Of a stretch of 64,000 nt of DNA, positions 38,150-48,527 are shown piece after piece (within the stretch, counting starts at the first letter, position 1; every line of letters starts with the position of its first letter). The DNA comes from Verrucomicrobiia bacterium (GTDB lineage Bacteria; Verrucomicrobiota; Verrucomicrobiia; Limisphaerales; UBA1319): assembly GCA_963664225.1 (NCBI GenBank), contig OY760937.1, positions 1,792,001 to 1,856,000 on the forward strand. The letters run 5' to 3'. The notes beneath the pieces were generated by a model. The model ran no database searches. It was not told the DNA's origin and saw only the letters and a program-made list of their open reading frames with translations. A program made the position numbers and the translations under genes.

Positions 38150-39322
38150 TCACTTCGTCCGGCTTCCACTTTCCTTCAGAACCGTCCGGTAAATTTCCTC
38201 CACGCGGCGGATCATGATGCGATGATCGAAGTTGTTTTGCGCATGCAGCTTGCCTTGTGCGGTCAGGCGTTTTCGTTCTTCCGGATGCGCTAAAAGCTCG
38301 AGAATGGCTTGCAGCAGTGCCTTCTGGTCGCCTTGGGGTGCGAGCCGGCCGGTCTGGCCATCAACGCACACTTCGGGAATGCCCCCGACCGCATAGCCCG
38401 CAATGGCGCAATCGCACAGCAGCGCCTGCACCAGCGTGCGTGCCTGGCCCTCCTGATACGAAGGCAGGGCGTGGATGTCCATGGCGCTCATCAGCGGCCC
38501 CACGCGCTCGGGCGGAACCAGACCCGTGAAAATCACATGTTCGCTGAATCCCTCCCGCTCGACCCGGTCCTCGAGGTGTTTGCGATTCCAACCGTCGCCA
38601 ACGAATAACAGGCGCGTTTGCGGATGTTGGGCGATGAGAGCGGGCAGGATGTTGAGCAGATCGTCCTGGCCTTTGTAAGGATCGAATCGGGCCACGAGTC
38701 CGACGACTGGCGCATTGTCGGGAATGCCTAGCGAATGACGAACGCGTTCCCGTTCTCCGGCGGGGTATTGGAATTGGGAAATATCCACCGCGCTGGGGAC
38801 CACCTCAAATTGTTCCGGACGACCGATTTTGTGCTGCTGGAAGGCTTCGCACATGGCGTTGGTAATGCCGATGAGCCGGTGGCAGCGGGGAGCCGCCCAT
38901 CGTTCGGCCAGCACATAGGCCTGGTAAACGAGTTGTGACTGGCGCGAGTGAAACGGCAGGCCGTGAATGGTATGAATGATGGCCGGCGTCTGTTCGGCCC
39001 AGGCGGCGGCGCGTCCGATTATCCCGGCCTTGCTGGAGTGGGTATGCACCACATCGGGGCGTTCCTGGCGGATCAAACGCCGCAGCGCGTAGTATGCGGC
39101 GAGGTCGTGCGGCGGCAGGATGGCGCGGCGCAAGGAATGGATTTCCCGGAGGACCGCGCCGCTTTTTTGGGCGTCGGGCAGCACAGAACCTTCCGGTCCG
39201 TAGATGGGACCATACGCGAGTATGACCTGGTGGCTCGCCGCGACCTGGGCGGCGCTGCAGAGGACGGTGTTTTGCTGGGCGCCTCCGAGGATGAGTCGCG
39301 TGATGATGTGAAGGACCTTCAC
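38150..39322 (-). CDS. Glycosyltransferase family 4
   Basis: HIITRLILGGAQ, HTHSSKAG, HTIHG, PSYQEG, VGGIPE. Confidence 0.93.
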   Translation of the reverse strand: MKVLHIITRLILGGAQQNTVLCSAAQVAASHQVILAYGPIYGPEGSVLPDAQKSGAVLREIHSLRRAILPPHDLAAYYALRRLIRQERPDVVHTHSSKAGIIGRAAAWAEQTPAIIHTIHGLPFHSRQSQLVYQAYVLAERWAAPRCHRLIGITNAMCEAFQQHKIGRPEQFEVVPSAVDISQFQYPAGERERVRHSLGIPDNAPVVGLVARFDPYKGQDDLLNILPALIAQHPQTRLLFVGDGWNRKHLEDRVEREGFSEHVIFTGLVPPERVGPLMSAMDIHALPSYQEGQARTLVQALLCDCAIAGYAVGGIPEVCVDGQTGRLAPQGDQKALLQAILELLAHPEERKRLTAQGKLHAQNNFDHRIMIRRVEEIYRTVLKESGSRTK

Positions 39323-40002
39323 GGGGCGCGCTTCCCGTTCTTTTCAACTTTCTGAATTTCCACGCCCATTTTTTGGGCGAAAGCGGAATGGGTGTCAAAC
39401 GCGATCGCTGCACGCCAGATAGCGGCGGCCTCGTCGGTTCGCTCATGTTTCTTGAGCGCCAATCCATAAAGCAGGCCGATCTCCTGCTTGTGGGGCGTGT
39501 CAATCTGGGGATTATTCTTTTGCACCTGCTCCCAGAGCCAGGTGAAATCATTCACCACGATCTCCTCCCGTCCAAGGAATTTGGGCATGTAAAAGTTATT
39601 GTTGGCGCGGGCAAAACGGACCATGGCATCGTTGGTGGCGAGGCTGACCGCGGCATCCATTTCACGAATGCCCTGATGGACAAAACTGAGCTGGGTCAGG
39701 GGCCAGACAGCGTCACGGCCTTTCATCGTCAGAACGCTTCCAAAGAGAACCTTGGCAAAGGCATTGGTGGATTCCAGCGCGAGGGCTTCCTTGAGATACT
39801 TTTCACTGAGTTTGACGGCTTCGGGATTGTCTTTCACGCCTTCGTCGTGGCAAAGGTCGCCCAGCTTCACCAAAAGCGCGACATTCGATGGGCTGGAAGC
39901 CAGTTGCGCCTGCAAGGCGGTCAGACTGTTTGTGAAGGAGTCCTCTGCCACAGCAAGCGCGATGGTGGTCCACAGGAGTCCCGTAATGGCTAAAAAACGC
40001 AT
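39319..40002 (-). CDS. Secreted TPR-like protein
   Basis: Signal peptide, helical TPR-like repeats; stop overlaps GT4 start. Confidence 0.75.
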   Translation of the reverse strand: MRFLAITGLLWTTIALAVAEDSFTNSLTALQAQLASSPSNVALLVKLGDLCHDEGVKDNPEAVKLSEKYLKEALALESTNAFAKVLFGSVLTMKGRDAVWPLTQLSFVHQGIREMDAAVSLATNDAMVRFARANNNFYMPKFLGREEIVVNDFTWLWEQVQKNNPQIDTPHKQEIGLLYGLALKKHERTDEAAAIWRAAIAFDTHSAFAQKMGVEIQKVEKNGKRAP

Positions 40003-40073
40003 ATAATCCGCCCGACCTCAGATCCCATTCTAACACAGACCAGGCCGGTTGGCCACCAGGCAGGGGGCGGGGG

Positions 40074-40598
40074 CTACTTTTTTACCTTTTTGAGCGTATT
40101 CGTTCGCTCGGTCGGAAGCGGCAATGTGGTGGATGCCGCATTGGTGGCCGGTTCATACAAACCGGGACCGAGGTTCGAGAGCGGATCCTTGCTTTGATGA
40201 TTCCGCCAGACACGAATGGTCCAGATGCCCACAATGACGATCAACGCCACGCCGAAAACCGGGAGCACCATGCGCCAGTTAACCTTGGAGAGCTGGTACA
40301 TGATCTGGTCCAAAATCCCACCCCTTGAACCGGTGAGGCTGGGCGGTTCGCGGAATTTATCAATCGCGGACAGCTCGGCCTCCAATGTGGCCATGATGCT
40401 GGCCACATCCAGCTTGAGCAGCATGGCGTAGGAGCGCACAAAGCCACGAACGTATACCGGGGCCGCGAACACGGTGTATTTCCCCTCCTCAAGCGAGCGA
40501 ATATGCTCGGTCTTGATCTTGGTCCTGTCCGCCACCTGGTAGATCGTGAGGCCCGCGGCCTCACGGCCCTGGCGCAGTTGTTCGGCAACAGTCGGCAT
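40074..40598 (-). CDS. rodZ: RodZ-like HTH membrane protein (short periplasmic part)
   Basis: LRQGRE..GLTI.QVA..TKI....SLEEG, YVRGFVRSYA..L, single TM; follows ftsK. Confidence 0.75.
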   Translation of the reverse strand: MPTVAEQLRQGREAAGLTIYQVADRTKIKTEHIRSLEEGKYTVFAAPVYVRGFVRSYAMLLKLDVASIMATLEAELSAIDKFREPPSLTGSRGGILDQIMYQLSKVNWRMVLPVFGVALIVIVGIWTIRVWRNHQSKDPLSNLGPGLYEPATNAASTTLPLPTERTNTLKKVKK

Positions 40599-40674
40599 TT
40601 GACGTACTTATATATTTTTCACTGCGTCTGGCAATCCCTGAAAAAAACCGCGCCGCACTTGCCATCAGCGGTTG

Positions 40675-43293
40675 TCAGCCACGGACCGGATTCCCGTCGG
40701 CCCCTTCGCCATCCAGATCGATCAGGATATCCCGAGGCTCGGCGCCTTTGTTCGGGCCAACAATGCCGCGGTCTTCCAATTCGTCCATGATGCGCGCCGC
40801 CCGGGTGTAGCCCAGCCGCAGACGGCGCTGGAGCAGCGAAACGCTGGCTTTTTGCTCGCTGCGGATGACCTCGATGCATTGATTGATGAGGCCCTCGTCC
40901 TCGTCGCTGCCGCCGCCGCCGCTTTCCAGTTCCGCAATCGGCTTGGACAATTGCTGGTGGATGTCCATCTCGTAACTTGGCTTGCCCTGTTTGGCAATGA
41001 AATCGACAATGCTTTGAACTTCCTGATCCGTGACCAGAACGCCCTGGGCCCGCAGCAGGCGTGAGGAACCCGGCGGCACATAAAGCATGTCGCCCTTGCC
41101 GAGCAGTTTGTCCGCTCCCATGCCGTCGAGAATGGTTCGCGAATCGACCTTCGAGGCCACCTGAAACGCGATGCGCGCGGGGATGTTCGCCTTGATGACG
41201 CCGGTGATGACGTCCACGCTGGGCCGCTGGGTGGCGACGATGCAGTGAATGCCCGCCGCGCGCGCCATCTGGGTGATGCGCGCAATGGACATTTCCACAT
41301 CCGCAGGCGCCACGAGCATGAGATCCGCCAGTTCATCGATGATGACCACGATGTAGCTGAGCTTGTCCGGGATGACGATATCGTCATCGCGCGGGACGAC
41401 AATTTCCTCGTCCAGCTCGACTGCAAAACCGTCGGAACCGGCCTCGATCCGCTCCTTCTTGGCTTTCAAGGGCAGTTCGGGTTGTGGGGATTCCTTGACC
41501 ACATGGGTGCGTTCGTTGAACGATTTGATGTTGCGCACACCGACGCGGGCGAAAATCTGGTAGCGCTTTTCCATTTCGTTGACCACCCAGCGCAGGGCCA
41601 GGACCACTTTCTTGGGATCGGTTACGACAGGAACGACCAGGTGCGGCAGGGCGTTGTAATGCTGGAGTTCGACCACCTTGGGGTCGATCATGACAAAGCG
41701 CAGTTGGTCCGGCGAAAAACGGTAAAGCAGCGAAGCCGTGATGGAATTGATGCAAACGGATTTGCCCGAGCCGGTGCTTCCGGCAATGAGCAGGTGGGGC
41801 ATTTCGGCCAGGTCGGCAATGACCGGCTTGCCGTAAACATCCTTCCCCAGGGCCAGGGGAATGCGCGCCTTGGTGTTGCGCCATTCTTCGGACTCGAGCA
41901 GGTCGCGCATGATGACCTTGGTTTTCACAAGGTTGGGGACCTCGATGCCGACCGAGCTTTTCCCGGGAATGGGCGCGAGAATGTTGACGTTTTCGGCCTT
42001 CAATGCCGCCGCCAGGTTGTTGCTCAAGGCGGAGATTTTCTCCAACCGCACGCCGGGAGCGGGATGAAGTTCGTAACGCGTGATGGTGGGGCCTTTGGTG
42101 ATGTCGCCCAGGGCAACCTCGATATCGAACTGGGCCAGCGTGTTTTGCATCAACCGGGCGTTGGCCATCAAATCCTCCTTGGACTCGGTCGGTTTGACGT
42201 TGGGATCGGGGTAATTGAGCAACTCCATCGGCGGCAATTTGTAATTGCCGATGATCGGCGCCGAGGCAACCGCCAGGGGCTTGGATTTGCGTGGGAATGA
42301 TTTGGAACGCGCCGGGAGGCCCACATGCTGTGGAATCTCAGCGGCGTCAGCTTTCTCGTTGTGCTCCTCGTCCGATTCCCTGGATTTGTCATTCGCAGTT
42401 TTCGAATCTCCGCGCCGCCCCAGCACATCGGCGGTGGTGGCGGCCGCAATTTCCACTGCGGGAATGATTTCAGCGCCAGGTTCCAGGAGCGCATCGTCAC
42501 GGTCCGGGGCGGTCTCAACATTTTTCTTCTTCTGGGCGGGGCCTGATCCAGCCTGGGGCACGCTCAGATCGCGAATGGTGATGGGAGGGATGGGTTGGAG
42601 GTCTGCGCCCAAACCGGGGTTTTCCGCTGCTTCTTCCTCGAGTTTTTTCACCTGTTTGGCGAGTTCACGGGCCTGTTTTTCGAGGGCTTTTTCATCTTTC
42701 GCGCCGCCGTCTCCGCCCGGAGTGTTGATGCGGTGCCACAAGGACTGGAGCCAATGACCAAACGGGATGTTCGTCAGGCCGATGAGACTGATGAGATACA
42801 TGGTGCCAAAGAGCGCGCCAGCCCCCACCTGCCCGAAGTATTGGGCGAAAAAATAGCGGTTCAACGCCATGCCCAGGAAACCACCCGTGCTGGGGATGTT
42901 CAAAGTCTCCTTGATCGAGCGTTGCCACATCCAGGAGTAGAGGTCGAAACCGCCGGCAGTCGCAATCAACAGAAGCAAGGCCCAGGGCCAGCGCTTCTTG
43001 AGATAGCTCAAGGATTGGAATAAATGCGCCAGACCAAGGCCCAGCAGCAGCAAGGGCAGCAAATACGCCGAGATGCCGAGCACCATGAACAGCGCGTTGC
43101 CCACATGGGCGCCGACGGGGCCCACCCAATTACTCACATGCTCGTTGGCGGGAACACGGTTGGACTCCAAGTCATTGCGGTCGAAGGAAAACAACGACAC
43201 CAGCAATAAGAACGACACGCAGGCAAGCAAAATGCCCACGATTTCGCTCGCACCTCGCGAGTCCACCGCCTCCCGCGGTTCCTTACTAGACAT
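40675..43293 (-). CDS. ftsK: DNA translocase FtsK
   Basis: N-terminal TMs, PHLLIAGSTGSGKS, IIDELADLM, ATQRPSVDVITG, gamma domain SVSLLQRRLRLGYTRA. Confidence 0.98.
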   Translation of the reverse strand: MSSKEPREAVDSRGASEIVGILLACVSFLLLVSLFSFDRNDLESNRVPANEHVSNWVGPVGAHVGNALFMVLGISAYLLPLLLLGLGLAHLFQSLSYLKKRWPWALLLLIATAGGFDLYSWMWQRSIKETLNIPSTGGFLGMALNRYFFAQYFGQVGAGALFGTMYLISLIGLTNIPFGHWLQSLWHRINTPGGDGGAKDEKALEKQARELAKQVKKLEEEAAENPGLGADLQPIPPITIRDLSVPQAGSGPAQKKKNVETAPDRDDALLEPGAEIIPAVEIAAATTADVLGRRGDSKTANDKSRESDEEHNEKADAAEIPQHVGLPARSKSFPRKSKPLAVASAPIIGNYKLPPMELLNYPDPNVKPTESKEDLMANARLMQNTLAQFDIEVALGDITKGPTITRYELHPAPGVRLEKISALSNNLAAALKAENVNILAPIPGKSSVGIEVPNLVKTKVIMRDLLESEEWRNTKARIPLALGKDVYGKPVIADLAEMPHLLIAGSTGSGKSVCINSITASLLYRFSPDQLRFVMIDPKVVELQHYNALPHLVVPVVTDPKKVVLALRWVVNEMEKRYQIFARVGVRNIKSFNERTHVVKESPQPELPLKAKKERIEAGSDGFAVELDEEIVVPRDDDIVIPDKLSYIVVIIDELADLMLVAPADVEMSIARITQMARAAGIHCIVATQRPSVDVITGVIKANIPARIAFQVASKVDSRTILDGMGADKLLGKGDMLYVPPGSSRLLRAQGVLVTDQEVQSIVDFIAKQGKPSYEMDIHQQLSKPIAELESGGGGSDEDEGLINQCIEVIRSEQKASVSLLQRRLRLGYTRAARIMDELEDRGIVGPNKGAEPRDILIDLDGEGADGNPVRG

Positions 43294-43442
43294 GGGTCCA
43301 GACTAAGCCCTGCCCCTGATTTGACAATGGAAAACAGGCGCGCAGGCGGGGCATATTCTGGGCTGGTCATGGTTCCGGGGGCATGGTAGCATCTTTAACG
43401 CGTTAGTTTTGGAACCAGGGATCGCCATCGCACGATGGATGC

Positions 43443-45044
43443 GTGGGGACCTTGCTGACGGTTATGTTTGGCTTTCTTTCTGAAATACATGTTGGCGGAC
43501 CCTTATTTACTGGGTTTCCATATGTGACATACGCAGGGTGTTTTCTCCTCGGTGCGCTAATCACCTTGGTTGTGACGCCATTGGTGATCCGTCTGTCGAT
43601 TCGGCTAAAAGCGATCGACAAACCGGCCCACCGGAAGATCCACACGCATCCGGTTCCGCTGTTGGGCGGACTGGCAGTGTTTGTTGGGGTATGGACTCCC
43701 TTGCTGCTTCTTTGCTTTTACGATAACGATGTCACGCGCCGTCTGCGGCAGGAGTGGTTCAATCTGACATTGGTTTTTAGCGGTGGGTTCCTCATGATGC
43801 TGGTGGGAATTTACGATGACGTCCGGGGGTTGAACGCCAAAAGGAAATTTCTGGCTCAATTGCCGGTGGCGATACTCCTCTTCTGGCTGGGCACGCGGTT
43901 TACGAACATCACCATTCCGTTCATGGGCACGGTCAGTCTGGGATACCTGAGTCCGTTGCTGACGATTCTCTGGATCATTGGCGTGACTAATGCGCTCAAT
44001 TTGATCGATGGCATCGACGGTCTGGCGGCAGGCGTTGCTTTTTTCGTGGCGGCAACCAATGCGGTGATCGCGGTGGAATTTGGAAACGACCTGCTGGCGG
44101 TGGTGATGGGTTCGATGGCGGGGGCCTGCCTGGGATTTTTGCGTTATAATTTCAGTCCCGCAAAAATATTTCTTGGGGACACGGGCAGCCTTTTTCTTGG
44201 CATGACGCTGGCCGTGAGTTCGATCAGCGCCAATGCCAAAGGGACTGTGGCTTCGTCGCTGTTGATTCCGCTGCTGGTGATGGGCTATCCGGTGCTCGAC
44301 ACGCTGCTCTCCATGATGCGCAGGCTGGCGCGGGGCAAATCCATGTTTTCAGGGGACGCCGGGCACATACACCACCGGTTGCTGCAAAAGGGGCTGGGGC
44401 ACCGGTGGGCCTCCGGGATTATTTACGCGGTCTGCTGCCTGTTCAGCCTGCTGGCGCTGGCGGTGGTGTTGCAGAACAACCGGATTACCGCCATTGCCAT
44501 TGCCTTGCTGGCGCTAGTCTTGTTTTTTGGCCTGCACGCATTGGGTTATTTCAAATATTTCACATCGCCTAAATTAATGGAGGAACGCAAATATTTTCAA
44601 ATCGCCCACCATTTTGCCGCGATGATGAAATGCAAGATCGCCCTGGCTGAGAACGCCGGGGGAGTCCTTCGTTACCTCGAATCCTCCGCTGCCGAGTTCC
44701 AAATTCCAATGGTCATTGTGACCAGCGGAAAACAGGTCGGGCGCATGGTTGCGGTCAGACGCTGGCGTTCACTGGATAACACCCATCAGCATTTCAACGA
44801 GGAAACCGCGAATAAGGATGTTTATTTTGATCGTCCCACCGGATTGAACGTCGAAGTTTTTTTCCCATCCGGCTGCGAACAGGATGAGATGATGATGGAA
44901 AAACGCTCGCAATTCGCGGATTTGGTCAGCGCGGCCTTCCGGCGCATGGCGGAATTTGACCATATGCCGGCCCAACTTCGCGAGCTTTCGAAAGAGGAGC
45001 CAGCAGTCGCGGTTCGTGCCGACGAGCCTCGAGTGCGTCGTTAA
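43443..45044 (+). CDS. wecA: WecA/TagO-like undecaprenyl-phosphate GlcNAc-1-P transferase with C-terminal extension
   Basis: RKIH..PVPLLGG, YDD, NLIDGIDG, IFLGDTG, HIHHRL. Confidence 0.88.
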   Translation: MGTLLTVMFGFLSEIHVGGPLFTGFPYVTYAGCFLLGALITLVVTPLVIRLSIRLKAIDKPAHRKIHTHPVPLLGGLAVFVGVWTPLLLLCFYDNDVTRRLRQEWFNLTLVFSGGFLMMLVGIYDDVRGLNAKRKFLAQLPVAILLFWLGTRFTNITIPFMGTVSLGYLSPLLTILWIIGVTNALNLIDGIDGLAAGVAFFVAATNAVIAVEFGNDLLAVVMGSMAGACLGFLRYNFSPAKIFLGDTGSLFLGMTLAVSSISANAKGTVASSLLIPLLVMGYPVLDTLLSMMRRLARGKSMFSGDAGHIHHRLLQKGLGHRWASGIIYAVCCLFSLLALAVVLQNNRITAIAIALLALVLFFGLHALGYFKYFTSPKLMEERKYFQIAHHFAAMMKCKIALAENAGGVLRYLESSAAEFQIPMVIVTSGKQVGRMVAVRRWRSLDNTHQHFNEETANKDVYFDRPTGLNVEVFFPSGCEQDEMMMEKRSQFADLVSAAFRRMAEFDHMPAQLRELSKEEPAVAVRADEPRVRR

Positions 45045-45317
45045 TTCGAGCGTTGGAAATGGCCGGATCCGCCGGGGAATATCCATCCGCCACGCGGCAG
45101 CAGCCATCCCCGTTTTGTTTTCGGGAGCGTGCCTATTGCGAAGAAAACGATGAAGAAACCCGGAAATGGCATGCATTGAACGGCATTCGCGGCGCCTATT
45201 CAACGTTCTCCTGGTCTTCCTGAGCCGGATTGCGACAGGACTGCGCCCAGGTCTCGTGTTGTATCGATTGAAATGGAAATATTCCTGCCAAAACCTTTTG
45301 GTCGAGCCGTGAAAACT

Positions 45318-46913
45318 TCAACACCGGCGGTTCGAGCAGGAGAGAATCACGCACGCCGTCAAGAACAGCGTTAGAATGGAATGGACCTGAAGCGGGAAAT
45401 CGAATTTGGCGTGCGCCAGGCATCCTGCGATCCCCAGCCAGAGCATCATTACAAATTCCCGCCGGATCGGTAATCCCGCGCCCCAGAGCCATTGGAGCAG
45501 TAGGACGATCAGAGGGGCCAACACCAGCGCAAAGCCCACCCAGCCAAACGTAATCCGAGTCTCCAGCCAATCGTCATGAGCCTGGGCCACCCAAGTCTGG
45601 GTGACATCTTCCCTGTAATACTGATACACACTGGAGAACGTGCCTGGCCCGCTCCCGAACACAGGATTGTCCTCGAGCATTTGCTGGCTGTTTTGGTAAA
45701 TTTCCATCCGCCCCCCCAGTTCATCCTTATCCAACAATTTTAGTCGTTCCACCAGGGGAGACCATCCCAAACCAGTGACCAGGGCGAGCACGGAGATAAA
45801 AATGGCGGCCACGCCCAATCGATGCCGCCAGGGAACGTGTTTCGCCGTCCCCAGCAGAAGCGCCATCGCCGCGATCATCTGGCCCACTGCAACCAAAGCT
45901 CCGCCCCGGCTGATTGAAATGATCGGACACGCCGCCATGATAATGGTGCAGGGCAGCAATAGAATCGACGCGCCACTGCCCAGCCTTTCGCTGGAGAATC
46001 GGCTCATCCGCCGCTCCTGGCGCAGGCACCACCAAAAACCCAGGGTGGCCGGCCAGAGTAGATTGAAATACTGGGCGGCATTGCTTCGGTAGTTATAAGG
46101 TCCGAATTGGGACTCTGCTGCCCGGAAGAACATGGGTTCCACCAGCCACAGCAATTTGTTGGTGCCGCTGAACCGCTGCAAAATGCCTTCGATTCCAAGA
46201 ATGGCCCCATTCAACGATAAAACCCACAGAAGACGCTTGAGGCGGTCGGGCATTCGACGCCCGATTTCGACGGGCGCCTCATCGGGCGTCCGCTCCTCAA
46301 AATGACGTTCCCGACGGGACTTCGTCAGCAGCCAATCGCGGGCGCTCCAAAAGAAGAGCGACAGCCCCAGATATTGCCAAAAGGCATACCAGGAGGCCCG
46401 ACTGTCGTAACTGTGCGGCAAAAAAGAAAGAAACTGATCGTAATAAATCTGGCGGCGTTCCTCGAAGACATAGGTGGCGCGGGCGTTGAGGGCGCTGATC
46501 AGACAATAAAGCAGGATTAAAATATTCAGCGCCGCCAGGGCGCCGGTTAACAACCGGGGCAAATTCGACCCTTTCGAGCCATCGTTTGAAACAATTCCGC
46601 CGATGGCCCATTTTTCAGGTGTGTAATTTGCACGCCAACTAATCAGGTGCTTGACCAGTAGCAGCCCGCCCAGGGTGTAACCAATCCAATTCATGATCCA
46701 TGTGGACCAGGGTTCGGTGGTGCCCAAAGCCCAGGGGCCAAACACCAGGCCAACATAGAGAAGGGCCTCTGTGAGCGCTTCGCAGACGCGGAATGCCATG
46801 GGGGCGCGGTTGCGCGGCGGGTGCCGCCGACGGTGTTCGACTGCGGCACGCGAACTTGGACCCGATTCTTCGGGCCTGGAATTTGAGGTGCCTTCCGCGC
46901 GATGTTCCTGCAT
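45318..46913 (-). CDS. O-antigen ligase/Wzy_C family protein
   Basis: Multi-TM, SISRGG, GSGPGTF, AHDDWLE; start uncertain (46913 or 46799). Confidence 0.88.
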   Translation of the reverse strand: MQEHRAEGTSNSRPEESGPSSRAAVEHRRRHPPRNRAPMAFRVCEALTEALLYVGLVFGPWALGTTEPWSTWIMNWIGYTLGGLLLVKHLISWRANYTPEKWAIGGIVSNDGSKGSNLPRLLTGALAALNILILLYCLISALNARATYVFEERRQIYYDQFLSFLPHSYDSRASWYAFWQYLGLSLFFWSARDWLLTKSRRERHFEERTPDEAPVEIGRRMPDRLKRLLWVLSLNGAILGIEGILQRFSGTNKLLWLVEPMFFRAAESQFGPYNYRSNAAQYFNLLWPATLGFWWCLRQERRMSRFSSERLGSGASILLLPCTIIMAACPIISISRGGALVAVGQMIAAMALLLGTAKHVPWRHRLGVAAIFISVLALVTGLGWSPLVERLKLLDKDELGGRMEIYQNSQQMLEDNPVFGSGPGTFSSVYQYYREDVTQTWVAQAHDDWLETRITFGWVGFALVLAPLIVLLLQWLWGAGLPIRREFVMMLWLGIAGCLAHAKFDFPLQVHSILTLFLTACVILSCSNRRC

Positions 46914-47323
46914 GACACCAAAATTCAAATCGTTGCGCCCCTAATGCACAAGCATAATCCAAGCGGGGGTGGTGGTTGCTTGCGGCATTATTCATCATGC
47001 ATCATAATTCAGATTTGTATTGACACACGCCCTCATCCTAACCTCCCACCAGGAGAAGGAACAGCTTCGTGGCTTGCAGAATGATTTGGACGGTCCGGGA
47101 GATGCCGCCGCGCGAAGGAAATTTACAGGGCGGTGCTGAGTGAAAGAGGAAGCCCTGCGAAATGATTTAGTTTGTCACAGGCGGCAGTAGATGACGGACG
47201 GTTGGTGAACGGCGGTATTGAATTTCGCCCGTAGCCTCGTTCAAACATGGAATGGAAATCACACCTTTGCTCTTCTCAGGATTATCCACATTCCTTTTAT
47301 TTTGAATGGAATGGCTCTCTTAA

Positions 47324-47707
47324 TTATTTGCTTAATGTGGAAACCTCACTCATAAACGCCCGATGTTCATCTGGCGACAGGTGATATTTGAACACCTCGG
47401 CCAACTGCAAAATGTCCTCGCGTGTCATAAAACGACGCAACTGCGCTCGAACCAGCGGCTCCGTCGGAAGGTGCTCGTAAAAGTGGCAATATGTCGAAGT
47501 CGCCATCTCGGCACTTTGCGAATCTTTGCATGTCCACCTGGCAAATTCATACTCACCTCGAATGGTCTCTTCATCAAGTGGCTCGTGGTGCGCCTCAACA
47601 AATCGAAACCAAAGATCGACCCATAGCATTCCGACGCTTGCGCTACGCTCGATAAGTTCGCGCTGCTTCGGAATCTTCTCAGTGGCAATTCGTCTCCAGG
47701 CACTCAT
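47324..47707 (-). CDS. Hypothetical protein (127 aa)
   Basis: Compact globular-looking ORF in lower-GC DNA. Confidence 0.7.
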   Translation of the reverse strand: MSAWRRIATEKIPKQRELIERSASVGMLWVDLWFRFVEAHHEPLDEETIRGEYEFARWTCKDSQSAEMATSTYCHFYEHLPTEPLVRAQLRRFMTREDILQLAEVFKYHLSPDEHRAFMSEVSTLSK

Positions 47708-47737
47708 GGTAATGGATTCTGTCGCCTAGCGTAAAGC

Positions 47738-48253
47738 TCACCGCCCACCTCCGGAAACGCCCGGCGGGCGCATTGGCAAGGTCTCGCCGGCATTTCGATC
47801 GATGGGGCCGATGAACATCGTCGCTACCGGGAGGCCGAAGTAATACATGCGGATGGTGTCGTGAATGCGTCCGTCCTCGCCGAGCACGCACTCGTCGTGA
47901 CAGCGCATCCGGTAGATTCGGCCATGAAACGAACCCCAGGCATGATATGGCGTAAAACGAAAGCCCCTCTCATGCAGAAATATGTCAGCGCCCAATGGCA
48001 TGTCATCCGCCGTAACGTGAATCCGATCGGGCGCGATCAATTCCGCGAACATTTTGCGCTCATAAATCCAGCCGGACGAAAACTCCATCCTATCTCTCAC
48101 CAGCCAAAAAGTGTCAGAAAGCCACTGAGCCTCAGAGCCAAAGAGAATGCGCTCCCGCCGTTGGAATGGACGCAAGAGCGGATGCGGCACCAACTGGCCC
48201 TCGCCGCGCCAGCAGCCCCGGAAAAACTCTCTTGGTTGCAGTGGTGTTATCAT
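47738..48253 (-). CDS. Hypothetical beta-barrel-like protein (possibly DUF3833-like)
   Basis: Start MITPLQPREFFRG.W.GEG; aromatic beta-strand pattern. Confidence 0.6.
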   Translation of the reverse strand: MITPLQPREFFRGCWRGEGQLVPHPLLRPFQRRERILFGSEAQWLSDTFWLVRDRMEFSSGWIYERKMFAELIAPDRIHVTADDMPLGADIFLHERGFRFTPYHAWGSFHGRIYRMRCHDECVLGEDGRIHDTIRMYYFGLPVATMFIGPIDRNAGETLPMRPPGVSGGGR

Positions 48254-48527
48254 TTGGGATGTGCGATGCGGACTAATGTAGAAACTTGCTTGCCATGCAA
48301 GTGACCGTTTCTCGATTTCGAGATTCAAGGTGGTTGTTGGTGGTGGGGAGGTCAAGAGAGAAAGAGTGTTTATGGGACCGCACGACCCCGGTCCTTGGAA
48401 CAGGGTCAAAAACAGGGGGCGATGCGGAGTCGCGTAGAAAAAGACACAGGCTGAGGTTGGCGGGCGGTGGCCGGAGAAGGTTCCACTTAATACTTGAGAT
48501 ACTTGGAATGTTTGCCAGACTGCGCGC

